Counted from the stretch's first letter, positions 40,285 to 50,688 are shown. The stretch is DNA of 64,000 nucleotides from Methanomassiliicoccaceae archaeon (GCA_963728405.1 CAVSJV010000017.1:64001-128000), one strand, 5' to 3'. The notes: generated from the letters alone by a model not told the origin. Translations and numbers: made by a program.

Positions 40285-40833
40285 TCAAGCGACGTGGGCC
40301 AAGCCCATGATCTTTCTTACGTTATTGATGTCTAGGACCTCTTCCTCGTTGACCAGGCTGAAACCGGCGAATCCGCCGATGATCTCGACCTTTATGATAA
40401 GCTCGGGATCATTGAGGTCCACGGTCCCCTTTTCGATGGGTTCGGTCAACATCTTTACCAGGTCCAGGCTTGGACCGCCCAGGTAGTGCCGTTTCTCCAG
40501 GTCTAGTCTCCAACGGTCCCCTTCACGGATCCGGGACCCGAAGGTTTGCGCTGCCGAGACCATGATGTCAGGATCGGAGCTGACCCATTCCTCTATCGGG
40601 GTCCAGTGATGAGTATAGTGGAACTGCTCCGGAAAGCGGAAGGCGAAGCCACGCAGCTTCTTCACCGCCTCCTTCCCATCGCCGGCCACTCGAACCAGCA
40701 ACAGGCCGGCCACGCTCGATTCCATCAGGTCCTCCAGGACCAGCCCCGCTTCCTTGATCCGGTTGGCGACCTCTTCCTCGGCCTTCGTCTTCTCGTTATG
40801 GTGGAAGGTCACCAGCATATTGTAGTCCTGCAT
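40285..40833 (-). CDS. Stand-alone THUMP-domain RNA-binding protein
   Basis: PIEEW, W...LEKR, VDLNDPELIIKVEIIG. Confidence 0.8.
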   Translation of the reverse strand: MQDYNMLVTFHHNEKTKAEEEVANRIKEAGLVLEDLMESSVAGLLLVRVAGDGKEAVKKLRGFAFRFPEQFHYTHHWTPIEEWVSSDPDIMVSAAQTFGSRIREGDRWRLDLEKRHYLGGPSLDLVKMLTEPIEKGTVDLNDPELIIKVEIIGGFAGFSLVNEEEVLDINNVRKIMGLAHVA

Positions 40834-41090
40834 GCTTGTCCCCGGTTTTCTATTGGGACCGGACCGTAGATAATGATATCGCGCTGGTAGACTGGATTAG
40901 AGTTTCTGCCTTTCCCCTACCTCATTGGAAGTGCGGTGTTTGACCAGGGACGCGGATAGCATTTGTGATCTTCAGGCATAGCTGCTCAACCCTCCAAACA
41001 TAGACGATGCTAATATTCTGGCAACCCTTTTCCAGTCGAAGGATGAGGAGCCCAATGGCAGCGATCTACTGAAAGATAACCGAGTAGGAG

Positions 41091-41507
41091 GTGGCAGAGG
41101 TAAGAGACCTCATCTGCCAGACCGTAGACTTGTCGTACCCTAAGGCCTACCCTCCTCAGGCCATCGTATTCTTCAAGGGATATCATAGTGTGGACAACAT
41201 CAAGCTTGATGCTGCCCATGGCACCACCCTGATAGCGGTCGTGGGCACTGGGACATTGCTAGATGGGAAGATAAAAAAAAAGGTCTTCGTCGGTCCGGAA
41301 CATCAGGGTCGGGGTATTGGAGGAGAGCTGATGCGATCATTGATCAGCGAGGGCAAGGTCAAGAGGCTGAGGTCGGTGAGCCTCAACGCTTCGCTGGTCT
41401 CCCGGAGAATGTATGAACGCCGGGGGTTCTTCTTCATCCGCAACGGCTACAATGACCTGGGCAACGGCCTCGCCCTTGATCATTATCTGATGGTCAAGGA
41501 CCTCTGA
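41091..41507 (+). CDS. GNAT acetyltransferase (5' end possibly frameshifted)
   Basis: VFVGPEHQGRGIG motif A, YERRGF. Confidence 0.75.
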   Translation: MAEVRDLICQTVDLSYPKAYPPQAIVFFKGYHSVDNIKLDAAHGTTLIAVVGTGTLLDGKIKKKVFVGPEHQGRGIGGELMRSLISEGKVKRLRSVSLNASLVSRRMYERRGFFFIRNGYNDLGNGLALDHYLMVKDL

Positions 41508-41509
41508 CC

Positions 41510-42787
41510 TCATCTCAGGCTGTTCTCTACCAGCTTGAAGACCCCTACCCCTATGAGCGTGATGATGGCAGCAAGAATGATGACATTCCACCCGAACTGA
41601 GAGAGCATCAACACCGAGGTCCCTGCGCCCAGTAATGCGGAGATCGCGTACCATTTTCCTATCATACTCCCCTTGCGAGCGAATTGGATGACTGCCAGAT
41701 TGACGGCCAGGAACACCAGGAAGATGGTGAAGTTTGCCGCGTTGGCCGTCAGCTCGATGCCGCCCAGGAAGCAGAAGGCGATCGATCCGATCATGGATAA
41801 CAGGATCGCCACCCGTGGAGTGCCCCTTTCGGGATGGAGGGATGTCAGGATGCCCGGCAGAGCGGACCGGGCGGACATGCCGTAGGCGATGCGGGAAGTG
41901 GCGATCAGGATGATAAGAACGGTGTTGGCGGTAGAGATGAGCGCCACCATCGACAGCATGAAGGCTGCGCCCGGCCCTTGCGCCCTCAAGGCAGCGTCCG
42001 ATAATGGAGCGGTAGAAGCTGCCAGTTCCTGATAGGGGAGTATGCTCACCACCGAAATGGCCACCAGAATGTAGATCACGGTGGTGATGATCAACGATAG
42101 GAGCAGGGCCCTCGGTATCGTTCTAGTGGGGTCCTTGGCCTCCTCGCCTATCTTCACCAGTCCTTCGAACCCGATGAAGGCGAAGAATATGGAGCCCACC
42201 GCCCCGATCACTCCTGAAAGGCCGGTGGGAGTTTCGGTCAGGTCCACCGACCCGATGTACCCGAAGCCCAGAACGATGATGATGAGTATCCCGCCTAGCT
42301 CGATAAGGGTCAGGACCACGTTCAGAGCCAGCGACTCCTTGATGCCAAGATAGCTGACCACGGAGAGGATGATGATCAGTAGGCTGGCTCCCAACGCCAT
42401 AGGGATGTTGAAGAGCGATGACAGATAGCCGCCAAAGCCCAGGGCCACCGCGGCCGCGGAGATGATACTGGAGATCAGGACAAGCCACCCTACGATGAAG
42501 GCCCAGAACTTAGAACGAAATGACTCCTCCACGTACACATACTCGGCCCCGCTGACCGGGAAAAGCGACGATAGTCGAGCGTAGCTCAGCCCGCTGAAAG
42601 CAGCCACCCCTGCGGCGATGGCGAACGACAGCCACACCGCGTTCCCGGCTTTTCCGGCAGCGATCCCGATGAGGGCGTACACCCCTGCCCCGAGGATCGT
42701 GCCCACACCATAGGCTACTGCCCCGAACAACCCGACCTCGCGGTGAAGCCCCTCGGACACCATATCGTAATTTGATACGCCACCCAT
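41510..42787 (-). CDS. APC family amino acid permease
   Basis: GTILGAGVY, GAEYVY, FAFIGFE, EEAKDP. Confidence 0.92.
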   Translation of the reverse strand: MGGVSNYDMVSEGLHREVGLFGAVAYGVGTILGAGVYALIGIAAGKAGNAVWLSFAIAAGVAAFSGLSYARLSSLFPVSGAEYVYVEESFRSKFWAFIVGWLVLISSIISAAAVALGFGGYLSSLFNIPMALGASLLIIILSVVSYLGIKESLALNVVLTLIELGGILIIIVLGFGYIGSVDLTETPTGLSGVIGAVGSIFFAFIGFEGLVKIGEEAKDPTRTIPRALLLSLIITTVIYILVAISVVSILPYQELAASTAPLSDAALRAQGPGAAFMLSMVALISTANTVLIILIATSRIAYGMSARSALPGILTSLHPERGTPRVAILLSMIGSIAFCFLGGIELTANAANFTIFLVFLAVNLAVIQFARKGSMIGKWYAISALLGAGTSVLMLSQFGWNVIILAAIITLIGVGVFKLVENSLR

Positions 42788-42843
42788 TGGATAAAAGGGT
42801 CCGTCGGTCCTGCATAAATATCCCGAGAACGATACATATTCTG

Positions 42844-43404
42844 ATGGCCCAGGAAACCGTGACGCCGTACCCTCAGCCGAGCTGGTGGCATCGCAAGGTA
42901 GCGAAAGAGGCTGACCATGACCTCCTCCGAATGGGGGAACGCATCGGCAACATCATCGCCATGTTCTTCATCGTTTTCGTGGTGTTGATCTTCATAAATA
43001 TCCAGGTCCAGGACTACGGTTTCTTCACGACCAAGTTCGGTCCCCTAGAACAACTACTGTTCTACGGATCGCTGCTCTTCGGGGTGATCCCCAGCTTCAT
43101 CAGAGCGGCGATCGGACGAAGGAACCTCGGGCGGCTGGCCGATTTGTTTGGCTCGATCTTGTTCATCGCGGTCACCATCTATCTTCTGGTCATCTTCCCG
43201 TTCGATTTCACGCGCCTCTTGGATCTCCTGCCGTCCGCGGTCCTGCCGGACTTCAACTGGTTCACAAACGATCTGTTCCGTCTATTCTTCGAGCTGGCCA
43301 TCATGCTGTCGGTGATCTCTCTGGTCTACAACGCGATCCTGTACACCGCGGTCCGCAGGGAGCTTCGAGCCAGGGGGGCCAGGGTCGCGCCGACCTCGCC
43401 TTAG
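42844..43404 (+). CDS. Hypothetical membrane protein
   Basis: Four hydrophobic segments; host-like codons. Confidence 0.7.
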   Translation: MAQETVTPYPQPSWWHRKVAKEADHDLLRMGERIGNIIAMFFIVFVVLIFINIQVQDYGFFTTKFGPLEQLLFYGSLLFGVIPSFIRAAIGRRNLGRLADLFGSILFIAVTIYLLVIFPFDFTRLLDLLPSAVLPDFNWFTNDLFRLFFELAIMLSVISLVYNAILYTAVRRELRARGARVAPTSP

Positions 43405-43439
43405 ACCAAGGTCGCCCTCCTTTTCAAAAAGCCGACCGC

Positions 43440-43867
43440 TCATGCCAAATTGAGAACGATCACCGCGATGCCCAGTGCGATCGAGGTGAACCAGAACCCG
43501 AAGGTCATCAGCATGCTGGTTCGCCCATGCCGCCCTAACCCCAGGCAAGCATGGTTCTTGGCCCCCTCAATAGCCAGCTCAGTGTCACTGTGAGGGTGAG
43601 GGCCAGCGTGATCAGGCTCAAGGTGTGATGGACGATCAACACCTGGTCCGGAAGATAGTTAGTACTGACGAATGGCAGATAGTTCAAAAACTTCGGCACC
43701 ATGAATAATGCTACTGCGGCTACATTTGGCACCATGGCCAAGGTCAACAGGATGGCATGAGGTCTCATCTTGCGCTGGAACTTCATCAGATAGGCGCCAG
43801 TGCCTAACATAAACAGGGTCACGATCTGAAGAGCTAGAACGACATAGCTCCCGGAAGTGATCTGCAT
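43440..43867 (-). CDS. DUF420-like membrane protein (frameshift ~43560)
   Basis: Four TM segments with His in PHAIL and VHHTL; C-terminus continues in another frame (FWFTSIALGIAV). Confidence 0.55.
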
Positions 43868-43914
43868 ATGGACCTCAGATTCGATACGCAGATGCTGATT
43901 GATACCTCTGGACC

Positions 43915-44235
43915 TCAAGGCCCGCAACAGTCGGGTCCGCAGGTCACTTCCTTGCCGGTCAGCGCCGCCTTGATCATGGCCGAGGCGCAACCGACGCCCG
44001 ATTCCACCGATATCGCTCCGGTCGGGCAGTTGACCTGGCAGGCCCCGCATTCCATGCATCTATCGGGCGCAGCCATCCTGGCCTTCTTCCTCCCTGCCTC
44101 GAACACACCGTGGGGGCAGACCTCCGAGCAGCGGCCGCAATTGACGCACTTGCTCGGTCTGAAACGCAGAGTATTGACCGCATTCTCCTCGGCCCTGTCC
44201 ATCGTCATCAACGGGATGTCCATGGTTGTCTTCAT
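43915..44235 (-). CDS. hgcB: Mercury methylation ferredoxin HgcB
   Basis: Two CxxCxxCxxxCP motifs (including CMECGAC), GVGCA, C-terminal CC; directly after hgcA. Confidence 0.95.
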   Translation of the reverse strand: MKTTMDIPLMTMDRAEENAVNTLRFRPSKCVNCGRCSEVCPHGVFEAGRKKARMAAPDRCMECGACQVNCPTGAISVESGVGCASAMIKAALTGKEVTCGPDCCGP

Positions 44236-44251
44236 CAGTACCACCCTATCA

Positions 44252-45241
44252 TCAGTACCACCCTAGTATGTTACCTGCCATTATGATCATTAATGCCATC
44301 CCTATTATCAGCATCGCTACGAAGACCGGCATATAGCGGAATATCTCCTTCTTCACTCCTGTTCTGGAAGTATAGGTCGAACTGCCGGTGAAGTTCAGGC
44401 CGAGGTAGCCGGTGACGGGGGCAATGAGCAGCGCAAGGGCGATGCCAAAGACCACTAGGTTCCATGCCGCCCGGTCCCCGTACATCATGGCGTTCCATAG
44501 TGAAAGGGGAATCGACAACAGTATGCCCAGGACCAGACCCTTGGTCGAGAACTCCTTGGTGGGGAGATAGGGAAGTAAAAGAGGGAACAATACTGCGCCA
44601 CCCAGAACGGCGGCCACCGCGATGAAGGCCGCGAACGGTCCCCCCGCCAGGAACAGAAGGATGACCGCCGGAACAAGGTACTTCAAGGATTGCAGCAGTT
44701 CCATCGGGGCGAGCACGGCGCGGTCCCTTAGAGGGAAGGTTACCCTCCTCATCTCCGGTGTGGCGATCCCTGTCTCGAGGTATTCCTTCACATCTCTGGC
44801 TCTCACCGGCCCATACTCCACGGTGAACCCGGTCCGCTGCTTGACCTCGTGGGCCGCGACGCCCGGTGCACCGAGCTGCGGGAGGATCAGGCGGCGGTGG
44901 CGTACGATATCGGCCAGGCCGGTCTCCTGGACCCTCCTGATCACCTCCTCGGTGCCGAAGGTCCCTTTCCCCGCAGCGCACCAGACGTTAATGCCCTTCG
45001 TGTCAAGGACCATTATGTAGCAGCCGACACCCCGCAAAGAGGAACGGATGGCGTCGAAGCTCAGGGTGTAGTTGGCGGTGACCAGCACCGGGGAGTCCTG
45101 GTCCGGCGTCCCCAGGCGATATAGGCCGGGGATGACCAGGTGTTCCATGCGTTTGTATGCCAGCCTGATCTGGACATGGTCCCAGCGATCGTGATCATCG
45201 ATCTCGGCAGTGGTGGTCATGGTCTCGGTTGGCATGTCCAC
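44252..45241 (-). CDS. hgcA: Mercury methylation corrinoid protein HgcA
   Basis: Cap helix GINVWCAAGKG, TANY.LSFD, LPQLGAPGV, C-terminal TM domain with NFTGSSTYTS. Confidence 0.98.
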   Translation of the reverse strand: MDMPTETMTTTAEIDDHDRWDHVQIRLAYKRMEHLVIPGLYRLGTPDQDSPVLVTANYTLSFDAIRSSLRGVGCYIMVLDTKGINVWCAAGKGTFGTEEVIRRVQETGLADIVRHRRLILPQLGAPGVAAHEVKQRTGFTVEYGPVRARDVKEYLETGIATPEMRRVTFPLRDRAVLAPMELLQSLKYLVPAVILLFLAGGPFAAFIAVAAVLGGAVLFPLLLPYLPTKEFSTKGLVLGILLSIPLSLWNAMMYGDRAAWNLVVFGIALALLIAPVTGYLGLNFTGSSTYTSRTGVKKEIFRYMPVFVAMLIIGMALMIIMAGNILGWY

Positions 45242-45502
45242 CTACCTCGGGGCGGTGATGTCCTGGAGGAGCGGACCCATGCGATCCTTGACCATATCCA
45301 GTAGCTCGTCGGTCTTGAACATATATATGCAGCAGACCTTGCCATCTCTTTCTCGGGTCACCACTGCCAGCTTGTCGCCGGGCTGCAGACCTATCTTCGC
45401 CCGTATCTCCTTGGGCAGCACCATCTGGCCGCGATCGTCGATGCTCACTATGGCCTCTACCCGAAGATCGTCGTTCTTCTGCTGGGTACAGCAGGTCTCC
45501 AT
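45242..45502 (-). CDS. hgcC: AbrB/SpoVT-fold hgcAB-associated protein
   Basis: IDDRGQMVLPKEIR...GDKL; two CC pairs; abuts hgcA. Confidence 0.8.
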   Translation of the reverse strand: METCCTQQKNDDLRVEAIVSIDDRGQMVLPKEIRAKIGLQPGDKLAVVTRERDGKVCCIYMFKTDELLDMVKDRMGPLLQDITAPR

Positions 45503-45558
45503 CTTCTTGCCCTTGACCAAATTCTCGCCTTGACCGGGAACGACGATCGGCCTATTTA

Positions 45559-45584
45559 GATTCTTCTGAATAATCAGAATAATC
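45559..45584. promoter_or_regulatory. Palindromic operator upstream of the hgc operon
   Basis: GATTCTTCTGA-ATAA-TCAGAATAATC (10/11 inverted repeat). Confidence 0.55.
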
Positions 45585-45808
45585 ATAGGGTGTTGGGCAA
45601 TAACGATCCTAGGTAAAAGGGGACCGATAAATTAGCAAGCCAGCATGGAATAATATTCCAGTTGTTCCCTTGCCTATTGAAAATTTCTCAGCGAGCATTT
45701 CACAGAAGGCATTTTCCCTACCCTGCCTTGACAGAGGTAGCTGAGCCCTTTCCCCATGCACACAGGTTCGGGACAGGATGCGATCGAGAGAAAGAGGCCG
45801 CGGGCCTT

Positions 45809-46907
45809 TTACTCCTGGATGATCACGATGTTCTCGCTGTTGACGACCGCGTTACCGTTGCCATTCATGCCCACGGCCTTATCATGCTGGCACTTCTGAA
45901 CGAGGGCAAGCATCTCGGCCGATGAGCAGTTCGCCAATGCCTTCGCGAAGGCATTGATGCGGACCACCTCTCCTTTCTTGAACTTACCTTCGACAGAGAC
46001 GATGCCGCAGGGAAGGAGCGATCGGCCGGCCCTCAGGGCTTTCTCCGCACCCTCATCCACCATGATCTTGCCGCGGGGGCAGGCGAACAGTATCCACCTT
46101 TCCCGATTCGTGTAGTGGGACTTGGCGGTGAACAACGTCCCCAACTCCTCGCCGGTCGCTACCCTCATGATAACGTTTCTCGGTCCGCCCATTAGCGATG
46201 ACCATGTTGCAGCCGGACTGCATGGCGATCTTGGCAGCGTTGATCTTCGTCCTCATGCCCCCAGTGGACCGCTCGTTCTTCCGGTTACCAGCGATGTTCT
46301 CGATATCCTTGGTGACCTCGTCCACCGTGGGGATCAGATGGGCGTCCTTGTCCCCCTCGGGGTTGCGGTCGTACAGTCCGTCGACATCGGTTAGTAGTAT
46401 CAGCAGGTCGGCGTCCATCTTGCTAGCCACCAGGGCGGAAAGCTTGTCGTTGTCTCCGAAGATCTCCTCGATCTCGTCGGTGGCGATGACATCGTTCTCG
46501 TTGACGACGGGCACGACGCCCAGACGGAACATCTCATCAATGGCCTTCCTTAGGTCCAGATACCTGGCCCGGTCGGAGAATGCTCCGTAGGTCAGGAGCA
46601 CCTGACCCACGCTCTTGTCGTACCGTCGGAAGGCGTCCCGCCAGGCCAGCATAAGGCTCGCTTGCCCTACCGCCGCGCAGACCTGCTTCATGGCCACATC
46701 CTTGTTCTTACCGTCCAGGTGCAGCTCCGACGAGCCGGAACCGATCGCTCCCGAGGTCACCACGATGCTTTGGATGCCCTTCTTCCCGAGCTCCACGACC
46801 TGCCTTGCTACCTCGTCGAGGTAGGCCTGGTCGACCGTGCCGTCGCCTTTGCAGACGGTGTTCGTCCCGATCTTGACGACGATACGCTTAGCGTTGAGGT
46901 CCCTCAT
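45809..46907 (-). CDS. proB: Glutamate 5-kinase with PUA domain (frameshift ~46180)
   Basis: VVKIGT, TSGAI, NEND, FGDNDKLS, TGGMRTK, SLLPCGI. Confidence 0.95.
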
Positions 46908-48193
46908 GCAATCTTCCTATGTGTGAACTTCCTGGCATCCTTACCGGAGTATTCGGCCACCGTCTGTCCAGTACCACGAAGCTTGTACTTGTATATGACC
47001 AGACCCTCCAGGCCGACCGGCCCGCGGGCGTGGGTCTTGTTGGTCGATATGCCAACCTCCGCTCCCAATCCGTAGCGGTAGCCGTCGGCGAACCGGGTGG
47101 AGACATTCCACATGACCGATGATGAATCCACGAGGTCCATGAACCTCTGGGCCACTGCGGCGTCCGCGGTGATGATCGCGTCGGTGTGGTGGGATGAGTA
47201 CCGGTTCACATGCTCGATCGCCTCGTCCAGCGAACCGACGATCTTGATCGAGAGCACAAGGTCGTTATATTCCGCGCTCCAATCGTCCTCGGTCGCCGGT
47301 TCGGCGGCGATGATGCGCCTGGTGGCATCGTCACCTCTCAGTTCGACCTGGGCCTTGGCATACTCAACGGCCATGGAAGGCAGGAACTTGGCGGCGACGC
47401 TCTCGTGGACGAGCAGCGTTTCCATGGCGTTGCAGACGGCGGGGTATTGGACCTTGGCGTCGTAACAGACCTTGACGGCCATGTCCAGGTCCGCCGCCTT
47501 ATCCACGTAGGTGTGGCATATACCGGCGGCATGACCCAACACGGGAATGCGCGTGCTATCCTTGATGGAGCGGACCAGCTCGTTCGATCCCCGGGGAATG
47601 ATGAGGTCGATGAGGTCGTCATGCTTCAGGAGCTCGCGGAACTGCTCACGGGTCGATAGCAGCTGGACCGCGTCCTCGAAGCGGCTGTCCACCGAGACAA
47701 GCGCCTCGATGATGGCGGCAGCAAGGGCCTCATTGGTCTCCCTGGCCTCGATCCCGCCCTTCAATAGCACAGCATTGCCGGACCTCAAACAAAGGCAAGA
47801 GATCTGGACCATAGCATCGGGCCGGGACTCGAAGACCACACCAATGACCCCAATAGGGCAGGTCACCTTGTCCAGGACCAGGCCTTCATCGAGCTCGGTG
47901 CGGGAGAGGAGCTTTCCAACCACTTCCTCCTGCTCGATAAGCGAGTGAATGGATCGGACCGATTCCTCGACCTTCGGCCGATCGTACCTCAACCGTTTCA
48001 CCAGAACCTGCGAAAGACCGGTGCGCTGGGCGGCCTCCAGGTCCCGACGGTTTGCCTCCTCGATGCTCGCCGAACGCGCCACCAGGGCGTCCGCTATCCT
48101 GGCCAGGGCTTCGTTCCTGGCCGGCAATGCGATGTTGGCCAGACGATAGGATGATTCCTTGGCCTTCTCCGCAGCCGCTCTAATGGGATCCAT
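46904..48193 (-). CDS. proA: Gamma-glutamyl phosphate reductase
   Basis: FESRPD, IPRGS, VCNAMETLL, STRFADG, HARGPVGL. Confidence 0.97.
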   Translation of the reverse strand: MDPIRAAAEKAKESSYRLANIALPARNEALARIADALVARSASIEEANRRDLEAAQRTGLSQVLVKRLRYDRPKVEESVRSIHSLIEQEEVVGKLLSRTELDEGLVLDKVTCPIGVIGVVFESRPDAMVQISCLCLRSGNAVLLKGGIEARETNEALAAAIIEALVSVDSRFEDAVQLLSTREQFRELLKHDDLIDLIIPRGSNELVRSIKDSTRIPVLGHAAGICHTYVDKAADLDMAVKVCYDAKVQYPAVCNAMETLLVHESVAAKFLPSMAVEYAKAQVELRGDDATRRIIAAEPATEDDWSAEYNDLVLSIKIVGSLDEAIEHVNRYSSHHTDAIITADAAVAQRFMDLVDSSSVMWNVSTRFADGYRYGLGAEVGISTNKTHARGPVGLEGLVIYKYKLRGTGQTVAEYSGKDARKFTHRKIA

Positions 48194-48353
48194 AACGGGC
48201 CAGAAAAAATGTCCCCAAGCCATATATCTTTCGCTTCATCGGCCGCTGCCCCGGTCCTTTGACATTTCCGCGACCTTGACCGGGATGCTTGCGCTAAGCA
48301 AGCAAAAAAGTATATCAACGTCGCGAACTGGAATGGTTATTGGAGGCTAAAAG

Positions 48354-48560
48354 ATGTTCAAACTGATGAAGTTCTTCGTCATGATGGCCCTGGTAGTATG
48401 GGTGGCCGCGGCCGTAGCAGCCATGATGAGCGGCGCGATGGGGATGATGAAGAACAAGATGCCGTGGATGAAGATGAAGGAACGACTTCGCGAGCACATG
48501 CCCGAAATGAGGGCCAAGATGGACGAGAAGATGGCCGAGGCGGAAGAACACCTTACCTGA
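48354..48560 (+). CDS. Small Met-rich membrane-anchored protein
   Basis: 16 of 68 residues are Met; GGAGG Shine-Dalgarno; TATA-like upstream; N-terminal hydrophobic stretch. Confidence 0.65.
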   Translation: MFKLMKFFVMMALVVWVAAAVAAMMSGAMGMMKNKMPWMKMKERLREHMPEMRAKMDEKMAEAEEHLT

Positions 48561-48629
48561 TCAAGAACACATATCAAACCTGGGCTAGCGATGCTCTAGC
48601 ATGAGGGCGTCGCATTCTTCTCCTTTTTC

Positions 48630-49211
48630 CTAATCCAGGTCATCTCTGTCGATATCGAACCCCACGATGCGGCTGAGATGCCCTTCGGCACTGATGTTCA
48701 ACCATCCGCGAACGATCTCGTCGACCGGCGCCGCCGGACTGCATGCTACGACGTTCTGGATCCCTTTGACCTCTTGCAGGAGGTCGAACTCCACCTCGGG
48801 GATGACGAAATAGGGCTCTCCCTTGACCCTCACTCCTTCGTAAAGTACGAAATCCTTGCTCATGAACCGGACCGACCGATCTCCGCTCCTTTCCTGGACA
48901 CTTCTTTCGCCGACCCATTCTCCGATCTTCTTTCCGTCCTGGTCCCGGAGTTGAAGTGGCTCATTGGTCCGGGTGGCCAGGGTGGACCCGGCATCGACAA
49001 CCATAGCGATTTGGTACTCCCGGCCCAACGCGGTCCAGAACCCTTCATTGACCACTTTGATCGGTCCGGTTCGCATGGTGTCCTCCTCCACCTGCCTCTC
49101 CTTCTCGATGACCTCGTCGCACTGGGCTTGGTCCAGCACTAGGAGCCCCCGGAGACCGCCTATCTCCCGAAGTCTATCCTGCACCGTTGCCAGGGTCTCT
49201 TCGATCCTCAT
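48630..49211 (-). CDS. Hypothetical protein
   Basis: 193-aa ORF with host-like codons. Confidence 0.6.
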   Translation of the reverse strand: MRIEETLATVQDRLREIGGLRGLLVLDQAQCDEVIEKERQVEEDTMRTGPIKVVNEGFWTALGREYQIAMVVDAGSTLATRTNEPLQLRDQDGKKIGEWVGERSVQERSGDRSVRFMSKDFVLYEGVRVKGEPYFVIPEVEFDLLQEVKGIQNVVACSPAAPVDEIVRGWLNISAEGHLSRIVGFDIDRDDLD

Positions 49212-49259
49212 GCTTAAAATCAGGAAATGAAAGGGATATCAAGTTGCTGGTGCCAGGCT

Positions 49260-50652
49260 CATTGTCGTCGGCGACCTGACGAGTTCCCTTCCTGATGAGA
49301 GATGGGATGATCACTGAGAGCGTGAGGACGAGGAACACGATACCACAGAGCTAGACGATGCGGTGCAGGTCCCCGGCGGCACCCTGTCCCATGCTTCCGG
49401 CGGCCACACCGCTGATGATCAGGATCACGTTGCTGATGGTCATCCCCAACAATCTGGCCGTCTCGGTGACTGCCGAGGCCATCCCATACTCCCTGCGGAC
49501 GATGCTCCCCATGGCCCAGTCGACGACGGCGGGCATGAACAGACCAGTACCTATCCCGATGAGGGCGAGCGATGCCATCATCACCGCGACGGACGCCTCC
49601 GGCTGGGCGATCAGGACCGCCAATCCCCCAGCATTGATCAGGGTCCCCAGACTGGTCACGGCACGGTCCTTGATCCTTGTAAGCAGCAGACCGCTCACCG
49701 AGCTCATGATGGTCGTCAAGACCTAGGGAACGAGCATGACGAAGCTGGCCTCCAGAGGGCCCAGGCCTAGGTTAAGCTGGGAGTAGAGAGATGGAAGGAA
49801 GGGCACGGCGAAGGAGCCGGCCTGGAAGACGATGTTCGTGACGATGGTCAGGAGAAAGGTCCGGTTCCTGGACATTTCCTTGTTAACTATCGGCCGCGGA
49901 TATCGCCTTTCCCAGATCAGGAGTCCGATGGTGACGAGGGCCCCCATCAGCAGGCAGGATCGTCCGATGGCGGCAGTTATCTCCGAAAGCCCGTAGAACA
50001 CCAGGAGCAGGCTCGCGCTGAACGGGCCCATCCCCATCAGATCGAAGTTTTCTCCCGGGAGAGCTCGCAATTCCCCCCGGACCCTCGAGAAGAGCAGGTA
50101 AAGGTTGAAGACGGCCAGCACGACGGCGATCACGAACAGCACCCTCCAGATCAGGTAGACGGTAAGAAAACCACCGGCCAGCAGACCGGAGGTGAAACCG
50201 GCGAACATGAAGGTGACATTGAGCCCGATGGCCTTACCTCGGCCCTTCTCCGGAAATACCAGGCTCAGGAGGGCGATGGAGGTGCCGAAGACCGTGGCCG
50301 CTCCCGCTCCGGTCAATCCGCGGCCCAGGATCAGGATGCTGATGTCAGGGGCGAAGATGCAGATGGTGCCGGAAAGAACATAGAAGATCATCCCCGCAGT
50401 GAACACCTTCTTGGACCCCTTAACATCGGCGATGCGTCCGAACGGGATCGACAGGGAGGCGGCGGCGAGGAAGAACGCAGCGGTCAGCCATGCCAGTAGG
50501 GCGACCTCTGCCCCCAGGTCCTCGCCGATAGCTAGGGGCCGCCACGACCATGGAGGCCACCAGGAAGGGAGCTATGCACGAGCCTAGGCCGGACACCAGC
50601 TGCACGGACCGCCTGCTCCGGAGCGAATGGTCCGGGGGAGCTTCCTGCACCA
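49260..50652 (-). pseudogene. DHA2-type MFS transporter with frameshifts and two in-frame TAG codons
   Basis: PFGRIADVKG, GRGLTGAG, RGKAIG; TAG at 49723-49725 and 49351-49353 with TM sequence continuing past each. Confidence 0.75.
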
Positions 50653-50688
50653 TCCCTGGTACAATGGCCGCTTCGGATACGAAAAAGA

